Source: an uncultured Bacillales bacterium
GTDB lineage: Bacteria; Bacillota; Bacilli; Tepidibacillales; Tepidibacillaceae
DNA: 64,000 nucleotides
Direction of reading: 5' to 3'
Assembly: GCA_964637775.1 (NCBI GenBank)
Contig: CAZWWX010000005.1
Location: 18,277-82,276, forward strand
The translations under genes and the position numbers were made by a program. Under the pieces are notes generated by a model, which worked only from the letters and a program-made list of their open reading frames with translations, was not told where the DNA came from and made no database searches. Positions within the stretch are counted from its first letter, which is position 1. Each line of letters starts with the position of its first letter. Positions 17,213 to 25,418 of the stretch are shown here, one piece after another.

Positions 17213-19408
17213 ATGCCTATCAAAAACGACAAAAAAGAACAGATCACCCTAAATATCGAGGGGATGACTTGTACAGCCTGCTCCACGCGAGTTGAGACTA
17301 ACCTCAACAAACTTGAGGGCGTAGAGGCTGCGGTCAACCTCAGCTTAAACAGCGCTAATATCAGCTACGATAAGGACCAAGTGTCTGCCGAACTTTTGAA
17401 GGAAACGATCAACAAACTGGGCTACCAGGTAGTTGAAAAATCTGCTGAGAACAGCGATCCCTATCTAATGCATGCCGAAGAGTTGAAGCGGATGAAGCGG
17501 CGGGTTATCCTGGCAATTATATTGGCCCTGCCTTTGTTGTGGAGTATGTTTGGCCATCTGGGTCTAAAAATTATCACTCCTGATATCCTGCTCAATCCTT
17601 GGTTTCAATGGGCGCTAGCGACACCGATTCAGTTCTATATCGGCTATGGTTTCTACAAAGGGTCCTATTTTTCGCTAAAAAACCGCTATGCTAACATGGA
17701 TGTGCTGGTAGCTCTGGGTACTTCGGCTGCCTATTTCTATAGTGTCTATAATGTTCTCGTTGGGAACGACCACCTCTATTTCGAGACGAGTGCGGTCCTG
17801 ATTACCCTAGTATTGCTTGGGAAATATCTCGAGGCCCTATCGAAACGTGAAACCTACACGGCTCTTGCTAAATTGTTTTCACTAAAGCCAGAGGTTGCCT
17901 ATATTGAGCGCGATGGCGGCTTCGTTGAGGTTGCAGTTTCTACTGTCCGAGTTGGCGACATCCTAACCGTGCGCCCAGGTGAACGCGTACCGCTCGATGG
18001 CACAATCATTACCGGTTTCTCGTCAATCGACGAATCGATGATTTCCGGCGAAAGCATACCGGTTGACAAAAACCTTGGTGACGAGGTTATTGGAGCAACG
18101 ATCAATAACTTCGGAACCTTTCAATTTAAGGTGACACGGATTGGCGAGGAAACCTTGCTTTCACAGATTATTAAATCGGTCGAAGAAGCGACCGCGACCA
18201 AACCGAACATTCAACGGATTGCTGACCGGATTTCGAATATTTTCGTGCCGACGGTGATTGCACTCTCTATCCTGACGTTTATCGCCCACTATTTTATATT
18301 TTCGGCGGGCGACTTTGCGCGGTCTCTGCTAGTTGCGATTTCCGTTCTCGTCATCTCCTGCCCTTGTGCGCTTGGCCTCGCGACCCCGACTTCGATCATG
18401 GTCGGTACGGGTAAAGCGGCTGAAAACGGCATCCTCTTTAAGTCCGGCGAGTACATCGAGAATGCTAATAAAATTTCGGCGATAGTTTTTGACAAAACCG
18501 GCACCCTCACCAAGGGCCAGCCGGAACTAACCGATTACCGGCTAATTAATGGCGATGAGCAGGAACTCTTGAAGGCAATCCTCTCAATTGAAAGCTACTC
18601 GGAACACCCGATTGGACAGGCTGTTGCCCGCGGTATTGTGGCGATGGGGCTGACGGCGGATCCAGTGAGTGACTTTGCTGTATTGCCGGGCCGGGGAGTT
18701 AAAGCTTCGTATGGAGGTCAAGTTTATCAGATTGGAACCCGGCGCCTGCTGGATGACCTGGGTGTTGATTACAGGAGTCTTGAGGCGGAGGCTATGGCCT
18801 TAGAAGATCAAGGGAAAACTGTGTTCTTCGTGGCTGCGCAAGCTATTAATGGGATTGTGGCGGTCGCTGATACGGTGAAGGAAGATTCGCTGGCGGCGGT
18901 AAAAAGGCTGCAAGATGCTGGAATCGAACTCTACATGTTGACCGGTGATAATCAGCGGACTGCTGAGCAGATAGGTAAGCAGGTTGGAATCACCAATGTG
19001 ATAGCGGAAGTATTGCCGCAGGGCAAGGTTGACGCGATTAAGCGCCTGCAAAGTGAAGGCCACTACGTGGCGATGGTCGGCGATGGAATTAATGATGCGC
19101 CAGCCCTGATTGCAGCCGATGTCGGTATCGCGATTGGAACGGGAACTGATATAGCGATTGAGGCGTCGGATATTACTTTGCTGCGGGAGAGTATATCGGG
19201 AGTACCGGCTGCGATCACTGTGAGTCGGAAAACTTTGCGGAATATTAAGCAGAACTTATTCGCCTCTCTTTTCTACAATTCGCTGGGTATCCCACTAGCA
19301 ATGATTGGCCTCTTATCACCGATAATCGCGGGTATCGCGATGTCTCTCAGCTCAGTGTCAGTGGTCTTGAATGCGCTACGCTTGAAACGGATCAAGATTG
19401 ATGAATAA
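17213..19408 (+). CDS. copA: copper-translocating P1B-type ATPase
   Basis: N-terminal HMA GMTCTACSTRVE, TGES, transmembrane CPC (SCPCALGLATPT), DKTGTLT, GDGINDAP. Confidence 0.95.
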   Translation: MPIKNDKKEQITLNIEGMTCTACSTRVETNLNKLEGVEAAVNLSLNSANISYDKDQVSAELLKETINKLGYQVVEKSAENSDPYLMHAEELKRMKRRVILAIILALPLLWSMFGHLGLKIITPDILLNPWFQWALATPIQFYIGYGFYKGSYFSLKNRYANMDVLVALGTSAAYFYSVYNVLVGNDHLYFETSAVLITLVLLGKYLEALSKRETYTALAKLFSLKPEVAYIERDGGFVEVAVSTVRVGDILTVRPGERVPLDGTIITGFSSIDESMISGESIPVDKNLGDEVIGATINNFGTFQFKVTRIGEETLLSQIIKSVEEATATKPNIQRIADRISNIFVPTVIALSILTFIAHYFIFSAGDFARSLLVAISVLVISCPCALGLATPTSIMVGTGKAAENGILFKSGEYIENANKISAIVFDKTGTLTKGQPELTDYRLINGDEQELLKAILSIESYSEHPIGQAVARGIVAMGLTADPVSDFAVLPGRGVKASYGGQVYQIGTRRLLDDLGVDYRSLEAEAMALEDQGKTVFFVAAQAINGIVAVADTVKEDSLAAVKRLQDAGIELYMLTGDNQRTAEQIGKQVGITNVIAEVLPQGKVDAIKRLQSEGHYVAMVGDGINDAPALIAADVGIAIGTGTDIAIEASDITLLRESISGVPAAITVSRKTLRNIKQNLFASLFYNSLGIPLAMIGLLSPIIAGIAMSLSSVSVVLNALRLKRIKIDE

Positions 19409-19482
19409 ATGAGGTAGGGTTAGTTTTAAATCAGCAGATATTATATAATGAGTGTGACTGAAAGAGACGAGGAGGAGTTAGA

Positions 19483-19692
19483 ATGAGAACAAAACTGTAT
19501 GTTGGAAACATGTCATGCAGCCATTGCGAGGCAGCGATTAGCGAGGCGCTTGCGAAGCTTGATGGTGTTAGTGAATTCGCAATTGACTTAGAGAACAAGA
19601 TTGTTGAAGTCGAATTCGATAGCGCGGTTGTTACACTGAGCGGTATCATCACAGCAATTAATGAGCTTGGATATGATGTGGAGATAGTATAG
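19483..19692 (+). CDS. copZ: copper chaperone CopZ (HMA domain)
   Basis: 69 aa with MSCSHCEAAISEAL metal-binding motif, directly after copA. Confidence 0.9.
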   Translation: MRTKLYVGNMSCSHCEAAISEALAKLDGVSEFAIDLENKIVEVEFDSAVVTLSGIITAINELGYDVEIV

Positions 19693-19715
19693 AAGTAACC
19701 ACTGGCTAAAAAAAG

Positions 19716-19746
19716 AAAACGGGACATTTACATGTCCCGTTTGTTA
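19716..19746. terminator. bidirectional terminator between copZ and the DUF2075 gene
   Basis: ACGGGACAT-ttac-ATGTCCCGT with an A-run on the left and TTTGTT on the right. The stop codon of the minus-strand gene lies in the loop. Confidence 0.65.
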
Positions 19747-21431
19747 TTGTAATTATTTTTTAATATAAACTGTTCAAGATAATTCTTAAGATGCTGATTA
19801 CAAACATATACATATGTACCTTTTATTGCACGTGACATTAGAACCGTATAAATATTGATTATATATCTTTCCAACTCCTCGTTTGATTCTACTCCTTGTT
19901 TTCCTTTTTTATCAAAATATTTCCTCTTATCAATCTGTATTCTTTTGGTTATAGGATCATAAAAAATATCTTCTCCAATAATTACACCTGCATAATTTAA
20001 ATCGTATCCTTGTATTGTATGTATGCTACCGATTTCATGGATTGACTTCTTATTAATAGCCCAGCCTGCTAGGTTAGTATTCCAAATCATTTTTTCATCT
20101 TCAATTTCAATATCATAAAGATCTCGATTAACTGCTTCCTGGTAAGTCAAGTCTTTGGTCTTCCAGGGCCAAGCATATCCAGCAACTATTCGTGAAAGAC
20201 CAAAACTATTGTTTTTACTAATGATTTCTTCTTTCATTGCTTTAATCGAATCAAACAATTTAAAATCGTAATCCTCAAATACAATTCTCTGTTCAGGTGG
20301 ATTATTACTAAAAATATCCTTAATATATTTTAGATAATCCGCCCCTCCCTTGACTCTAAGTTGTGACCTAATTTGATATTTTTCAAAATTAGGCATGTTC
20401 TTAAGTGCCATAAAATCTTTTTCCCTTATATCTGACGGTCTAACCGATTGTAAGCTATCATAGAAAAATATTTGATGATCTGATTGGTTAATTATCCATG
20501 CTAATTGAGTTGCCTCTCTCTTTAAACTTAATTGTTTATTTGCATCATCAAAAGAGCCATAATTAGTTATAGATTTTCTTCTATGTAATCTATGTGCTTC
20601 ATCTACAATTAACAAATCATATTTTTCTTTCACAACATCATTAGGTCCAATAATCATATTAGATTTAAGTCCGTCTATATTCTTCATAACTTGTTTTAAG
20701 GTTTTGCGGAGTGAAGTCATTGGCACTACAAGACCAATCTTATATTCGCTTAACCTTTCATGTACATCCTTAAATTTATTAAACAACTCCTCATTTTCCT
20801 TAGAAATAAATTCCACCACTTTATTATCTGCAAACAATTTCATTAAATACATTGCCAATATAGTCTTCCCCGTACCAGCCTCTCCATTTACTATTTTAGT
20901 TGAGCATTTACCTTTTGAGACCATAAGTACGATATCTAATAATATGTCATGTATAACTGAGTATTGTTCTTCTGTAAGTCTTTTATATGGAGTATATTTA
21001 AACAATTCAGTATTGATAATATCTTCAAGTTCTTGTAAAACGACATTCTTACTATGTAATTCTTCCCAAATATTTTCAAATAATCTTTCATAGTTTTTCT
21101 TCTCATAATAATTATGATTACGCATACCACTATTACTATTTAAGATTCTATATTTTTTATCAGCTGACATATATTCAATCAGTTTAGATTCAATATCTAA
21201 AACAGCAGATTTATTAAATTCCTCATGGGCTATAATGTTGATTTTTGTAAGTTTTGCACGATCGTCAGTCTTTAGATGTTGTTTCATTCTATTAGTAATG
21301 CTTGTAGTCTCACCAATATAAGCCTCTCTATTGTCGTTTAATATGTATACAACAGGCCAGTTCTCGCCATACCATACATTTGATATATTTACAGCGACAT
21401 CTAAATTAAAGTCTCTCTCAGTAATAATCAT
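19728..21431 (-). CDS. GIY-YIG nuclease-like N-terminus fused to a DUF2075 (Schlafen-group-3-like SF1 helicase/ATPase) domain
   Basis: N-terminus WPVVYILNDNREAYIGETTSITNRMKQHL (GIY-YIG-like), Walker A NGEAGTGKT, Walker B LLIVDEAHRL, C-terminus IHTIQGYDLNYAGVIIG..YTVLMSRAIKGTYVYV. ATG is 1 nt after the MazG stop. Confidence 0.85.
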   Translation of the reverse strand: MIITERDFNLDVAVNISNVWYGENWPVVYILNDNREAYIGETTSITNRMKQHLKTDDRAKLTKINIIAHEEFNKSAVLDIESKLIEYMSADKKYRILNSNSGMRNHNYYEKKNYERLFENIWEELHSKNVVLQELEDIINTELFKYTPYKRLTEEQYSVIHDILLDIVLMVSKGKCSTKIVNGEAGTGKTILAMYLMKLFADNKVVEFISKENEELFNKFKDVHERLSEYKIGLVVPMTSLRKTLKQVMKNIDGLKSNMIIGPNDVVKEKYDLLIVDEAHRLHRRKSITNYGSFDDANKQLSLKREATQLAWIINQSDHQIFFYDSLQSVRPSDIREKDFMALKNMPNFEKYQIRSQLRVKGGADYLKYIKDIFSNNPPEQRIVFEDYDFKLFDSIKAMKEEIISKNNSFGLSRIVAGYAWPWKTKDLTYQEAVNRDLYDIEIEDEKMIWNTNLAGWAINKKSIHEIGSIHTIQGYDLNYAGVIIGEDIFYDPITKRIQIDKRKYFDKKGKQGVESNEELERYIINIYTVLMSRAIKGTYVYVCNQHLKNYLEQFILKNNYNNKRDM

Positions 21432-21432
21432 T

Positions 21433-21747
21433 TTATAGCTCCGTGTATTTTTTACTACTTCCTTTTACTTTATCTACCTCATATCGGGATTCATTCTTAT
21501 CAATCTTTTTATGGGCAACTTCAACTAAATCCATTCCCAGTTTTTCTGCTAACATTACTGTGTATAAAAAAACATCTGCTATCTCATCCTCAACTTTCTC
21601 TTGTTTAAAATTATTGTCCCATTGGAAATTTTCTAATAATTCTGCAGATTCAATTACTATTGACTTCGCCAAGTTTTCAGGAGAATGAAATTGACCCCAG
21701 TCTCTTTCCCTATTAAATTTATTTACTCTTTCAACTATTTCTTTCAT
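21433..21747 (-). CDS. MazG-like nucleotide pyrophosphohydrolase (small all-alpha NTP-PPase)
   Basis: FNRERDWGQFHSPENLAKSIVIESAELLENFQW..EIADVFLYTVMLAEKLGMDL, i.e. the EExxE..D metal-binding pattern of the MazG/dCTPase-like family. Confidence 0.85.
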   Translation of the reverse strand: MKEIVERVNKFNRERDWGQFHSPENLAKSIVIESAELLENFQWDNNFKQEKVEDEIADVFLYTVMLAEKLGMDLVEVAHKKIDKNESRYEVDKVKGSSKKYTEL

Positions 21748-21850
21748 CGCTTAGATCTCCTTGATTAAAGTAATAATTTGTAATTTTTATACTTATTTTA
21801 TCATAAAAATTAACTTATGTAGTCCAACTTATTAATAAATGATAAATATA

Positions 21851-21870
21851 GGGGACACTCCCGTGTCCCC
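21851..21870. terminator. GC-rich hairpin GGGGACAC-tccc-GTGTCCCC (terminator-like)
   Basis: Perfect 8-bp stem followed by TTTGTT on plus and TATATTT on minus. Lies between the mazF stop and the MazG-like gene promoter region. An additional AT hairpin ATATCAAG-ttat-CTTGATAT is at 21913-21932. Confidence 0.5.
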
Positions 21871-21941
21871 TTTGTTGCTTGCGTCCTTCACACTAAAAAA
21901 ACTTTATAAATTAATATCAAGTTATCTTGATATTACATTAA

Positions 21942-22328
21942 TCATTGGGTCAACAACATTTCATAAATCGCACTAAACACTATATTACACTTTGTAAGCA
22001 CCTCTTTCGGTGCCTTTTCTACAAATACAAATCTACGTTCACTTAAATCAAGAACTTTGGCCTGATCTATTAAAATATCACCTTTGGTTTTGAGATTGAA
22101 GGAATCAATATTTACTCTTGTAAAAAAATCTCTAACGGTGCTCGTGACTGGAACAACAGTCACTAACCCATTCAGTTCCAGCTGAGTAATTGGATCTGAT
22201 ATGACAAGTCCCGGTCTATAACCTTGCTGTTCATGACCTGTTGAAGGTGAAAAACTAACTTTAATTATATCTCCAAACTCTAGATTAATGTAATTTTCTT
22301 TATACCCATCCGAAGGTCTCTTTACCAT
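21942..22328 (-). CDS. mazF: MazF/PemK-family endoribonuclease toxin
   Basis: GDIIKVSFSPSTGHEQQGYRPGLVISD..VVPVTST..DQAKVLD is typical PemK/MazF. ATG overlaps the mazE stop (ATGGTAA). Confidence 0.88.
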   Translation of the reverse strand: MVKRPSDGYKENYINLEFGDIIKVSFSPSTGHEQQGYRPGLVISDPITQLELNGLVTVVPVTSTVRDFFTRVNIDSFNLKTKGDILIDQAKVLDLSERRFVFVEKAPKEVLTKCNIVFSAIYEMLLTQ

Positions 22329-22579
22329 ATTTCTTTACCAACCGGTTCACCCCAATCAATATGATCCTTAGGGTTATATTGTTTATTAGTAGCCTGCTCA
22401 GCTAAAATTTGAAATTTAGTTTTGTTCTGTTGCTTAGTTAACAATAATTTATCCCCTTCAACGCTCATCTCAAAAATTACATCCCCAATGTTGGTACTAT
22501 CAACATTTAATTTATCTAGTATCATTTTGGGTATGCGAATAGCAGCACTATTCCCCCACTTAACTAAATTTACTGTCAT
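22322..22579 (-). CDS. mazE: MazE/AbrB-family antitoxin
   Basis: MTVNLVKWGNSAAIRIPKMILDKLNV SpoVT/AbrB domain. AAGAGGTG + 6 nt precedes ATG at 22579 (the ORF-track GTG at 22588 is in the SD). Confidence 0.88.
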   Translation of the reverse strand: MTVNLVKWGNSAAIRIPKMILDKLNVDSTNIGDVIFEMSVEGDKLLLTKQQNKTKFQILAEQATNKQYNPKDHIDWGEPVGKEIW

Positions 22580-22634
22580 TGAAAACACCTCTTACATTCT
22601 AAATATATATCTTACTTATAGTATATACATGTGT

Positions 22635-24122
22635 CTACATTCCGTCAACTACTTCCCGCAGTTTCTCCCACAGCCTTACCATCGCAAAAGTATCCAGATG
22701 ACAGTACGCCAGCAGCGATTTCCTATGTGCCTCAAGCTCTTCCTCGCTCATCTCAGCCATTCTGCTAAATAATGCTGATGCTTCCAGACCATTATGAACT
22801 CCTTCCAGCTGACTATAATCAAGACCAGGATCACCGGGGAATAGGGCTGGCAACACATATTTAATAGAATACGAGCCTTTCATAGCTTTCGTGTAATAAT
22901 AGTGCTTCTGAAAAGGAATCATTAAATCTTGCATATTATCATGCATATTCATTAGATGGTCTTCGTATTCTGGAAAAGCCTGAGCAAGTTTTTTTATTAC
23001 ACCTTTTTCAAAACCCATATTATATGCCAACACGCAGACATCGCGTGGTATATCTGCACATAACTTTGTTACCAGACCAATTCGCGGATCGACTCCCGGA
23101 TAAGCCAAGTACTCTTCATGATGTAACTGTCCACCCTCTTCTTCGATGTAATGCAAAGAGTACTGAAAGGCAATCTGCTGATAGGGACTAGAGTTGTCGT
23201 AGAGCGGGATGGCTGGCTGAATAGATTCGAAATCCAGGAAATACATCGGGTAATACAATTTATTAAGTACTCCCCTAATCTCTGGCTTGTTAATGTACGT
23301 TTCCGGATTATATAGCTCATACTCGACCTGACGATGTTGCTTGTCCTTCAGCTGGTTACTCGCGTAGAGGTCATCAAAAGAAATAATCCCCTGGTCATAG
23401 AAAGCTAGCTTATTAGGCCTCCACAACCCAGCTACATTAAACACGTTGGGCTTAGGCAAGTCAGCCGTGCAGTAAGCGAAGAATCCGCAGCCATAGGGAA
23501 TGAAGCAATAGTCACCAATATCATCAGGCGGCTCATTAGCCATCCCCAGATATGAGCTAATATTGGCAAGATGTCTTTCAACCACAGGAACCAGGCTCTG
23601 AACATCTCCTGTTACATCCACGATCTTAAACAGCTGCTCTAAATCCAGGTCGCCATAGCGCACATATTCGTTGTTAATATATACGACATGTACTTTGCTA
23701 ACCTCATAGCCCAGCTTAGTAAGCACATAGTATTGGTAGGCAGCGTCATCATAGTATATATCTTTTATTTCCGTAGAACTCTTAACCTCGTAAATTTCTA
23801 ATTCCCGGTTACCTAAGTTTCTAAGTATATCCACTCGACAGAGCAGGCCATTATAATCAAAGGTCGCCTCTGTAATAATCTCTACATTATTAGAAATCTT
23901 TTCGCTGGTATCGTCTATCATTGCTTCCGCATCGTTCCATGGGATTTCGCTGTACTCGCCGAATAAACCCTTTGCCAGGTTACCAACTTCGAGACCGACC
24001 TCTAAGATATTCTGATTCGTGACCGATTCATCATATTCGTCTGGGCGAAAACGTTTTAACCAGAGCATTTTCGGGCACTGGACTCCCAGGACATAATCGG
24101 ATTTAGTTAATCGTAGTGACAT
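22635..24122 (-). CDS. DUF2779 protein: Cas4/RecB-like PD-(D/E)xK nuclease N-domain plus RNase-H-fold C-domain
   Basis: LTKSDYVLGVQCPKMLWLKRF N-terminus typical of DUF2779. RVDIL..LEIYEVKSS (D..ExK). Cys pattern C16 plus CFIPYGCGFFAYC resembles the Cas4/AddB Fe-S staple. C-domain has YFLDFES and CHLDTFAM. Confidence 0.8.
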   Translation of the reverse strand: MSLRLTKSDYVLGVQCPKMLWLKRFRPDEYDESVTNQNILEVGLEVGNLAKGLFGEYSEIPWNDAEAMIDDTSEKISNNVEIITEATFDYNGLLCRVDILRNLGNRELEIYEVKSSTEIKDIYYDDAAYQYYVLTKLGYEVSKVHVVYINNEYVRYGDLDLEQLFKIVDVTGDVQSLVPVVERHLANISSYLGMANEPPDDIGDYCFIPYGCGFFAYCTADLPKPNVFNVAGLWRPNKLAFYDQGIISFDDLYASNQLKDKQHRQVEYELYNPETYINKPEIRGVLNKLYYPMYFLDFESIQPAIPLYDNSSPYQQIAFQYSLHYIEEEGGQLHHEEYLAYPGVDPRIGLVTKLCADIPRDVCVLAYNMGFEKGVIKKLAQAFPEYEDHLMNMHDNMQDLMIPFQKHYYYTKAMKGSYSIKYVLPALFPGDPGLDYSQLEGVHNGLEASALFSRMAEMSEEELEAHRKSLLAYCHLDTFAMVRLWEKLREVVDGM

Positions 24123-24167
24123 AGGCTCTGCCTCCTTTATTCTTATTATACGCTATTAAAAATAAAA

Positions 24168-25106
24168 TTATATTTTCATCAAATTCATGATCAAGTTAAC
24201 CAATAAATCTTTTTCGGTCGGATCCGAAACAGCCAACATTATTGTTAGAGCTACTAATGTCTTGTTATCAATTACTTGGGTATCTTGTTTAAACAAGGCA
24301 TCGTTTTTATCTAAAAAATATACAAATAAGGCAGCAGCAATTCTTTTATTTCCATCGGCAAAACCATGGTTTTTTACTAAAAAATATAACAGCTGTGCAG
24401 CTTTTTCTTCCAAAGTTGGATACAACTCTTGACCTTCAAAGGTTTGATAAATAGCGTTGATACTTGATTTAAATTCCCCGCCTCGTTCAACCCCGAACAC
24501 ATCCGTTTCGTAATCAGCTTTCATGGATTGAATAATATCAATACATTCAGCATACGATAATACATGAGAAGTTTTTGTCCCACTTGGCCTCTTAATTTTT
24601 TTATGATCATAATCATCCAATAATTGTAGCGCTAAAGTATAACTTTCCAATACAGATAAAACCTGAGAAGCTTCTAGCTGATTACTGGATCTTTCTATAA
24701 TTTTAATCAGCTGAAGCTGCTCCTTATAAGAAATTTTATTGATGTTAAAGGCATATCCTTTAATCGCGTAATCTCTTAGTACGGAAGTTGCCCATTTCCT
24801 AAACGTAATGCCTCTCTTAGAATTAACACGATAACCAACCGCTAATATTACATCTAAATTATAATACATCGGAGGTCTTGAGGATTTATTTTCACTTCTG
24901 TCGAATATTTCGACAGAAGTATCTTTATCAAGTTCTCCATTTTTGAAAATATTCGTAATATGATAAGATATCGAAGACCTTGCTGTTTCAAAAAGAACCG
25001 ACATCTGTTCTTGTGTTAACCATACCGTATCAGCTTCTGGGCTTACATTTACCTCAATCGTAAACTTCTCATCATTAAAAACAATTATCTCATTTATATT
25101 TTCCAT
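24168..25106 (-). CDS. RhuM-family N-domain fused to a Fic/Doc toxin domain
   Basis: N-terminus DTVWLTQEQMSVLFETARSSISYHITNIFKNGELD..YYNLDVILAVGYRVNSKRGITFRKWAT (RhuM). C-terminus HGFADGNKRIAAALF is the Doc-type HxFx(D/N)(A/G)NKR motif. Confidence 0.85.
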   Translation of the reverse strand: MENINEIIVFNDEKFTIEVNVSPEADTVWLTQEQMSVLFETARSSISYHITNIFKNGELDKDTSVEIFDRSENKSSRPPMYYNLDVILAVGYRVNSKRGITFRKWATSVLRDYAIKGYAFNINKISYKEQLQLIKIIERSSNQLEASQVLSVLESYTLALQLLDDYDHKKIKRPSGTKTSHVLSYAECIDIIQSMKADYETDVFGVERGGEFKSSINAIYQTFEGQELYPTLEEKAAQLLYFLVKNHGFADGNKRIAAALFVYFLDKNDALFKQDTQVIDNKTLVALTIMLAVSDPTEKDLLVNLIMNLMKI

Positions 25107-25203
25107 CGCACTTGCTCCTTACCACTAATTCAAAAATTAAACATAAACTCCTACACATAAGGTTCATACATTAAGTATATACTTGTACCTTAATTGGTAC
25201 AAC

Positions 25204-25231
25204 AAAAGGGGACACAATCGTGTACCCTTTT
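25204..25231. terminator. orphan terminator-like hairpin in the divergent RhuM-Doc / Fic intergenic region
   Basis: AAAAGGGGACAC-aatc-GTGTACCCTTTT (one mismatch) with T-runs on both strands. Near-copy of the 21851 hairpin. Confidence 0.4.
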
Positions 25232-25418
25232 ATTCCTATTATACACTATTTCTCCAACATCTAAACTGTAAATCTCAGCCAAATAATAATCATCCAAGGA
25301 ATGTCACAAGTCGCTAAATTTAATTTGCCAATTTTAAGTTTCTATAGTATATTTAACATATAATTAATTAGAGGAAGTGAAACTCATTTCATTTCCTCTA
25401 ATAAGAGGATGAGGAAAT

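Noticed and set aside
19431-19727. 98-aa minus-strand ORF overlapping copZ
   Set aside because: It is a shadow of copZ, which has the canonical MxCxxC HMA motif and sits directly behind copA. The antisense product is Ser/Leu-rich low-complexity sequence.
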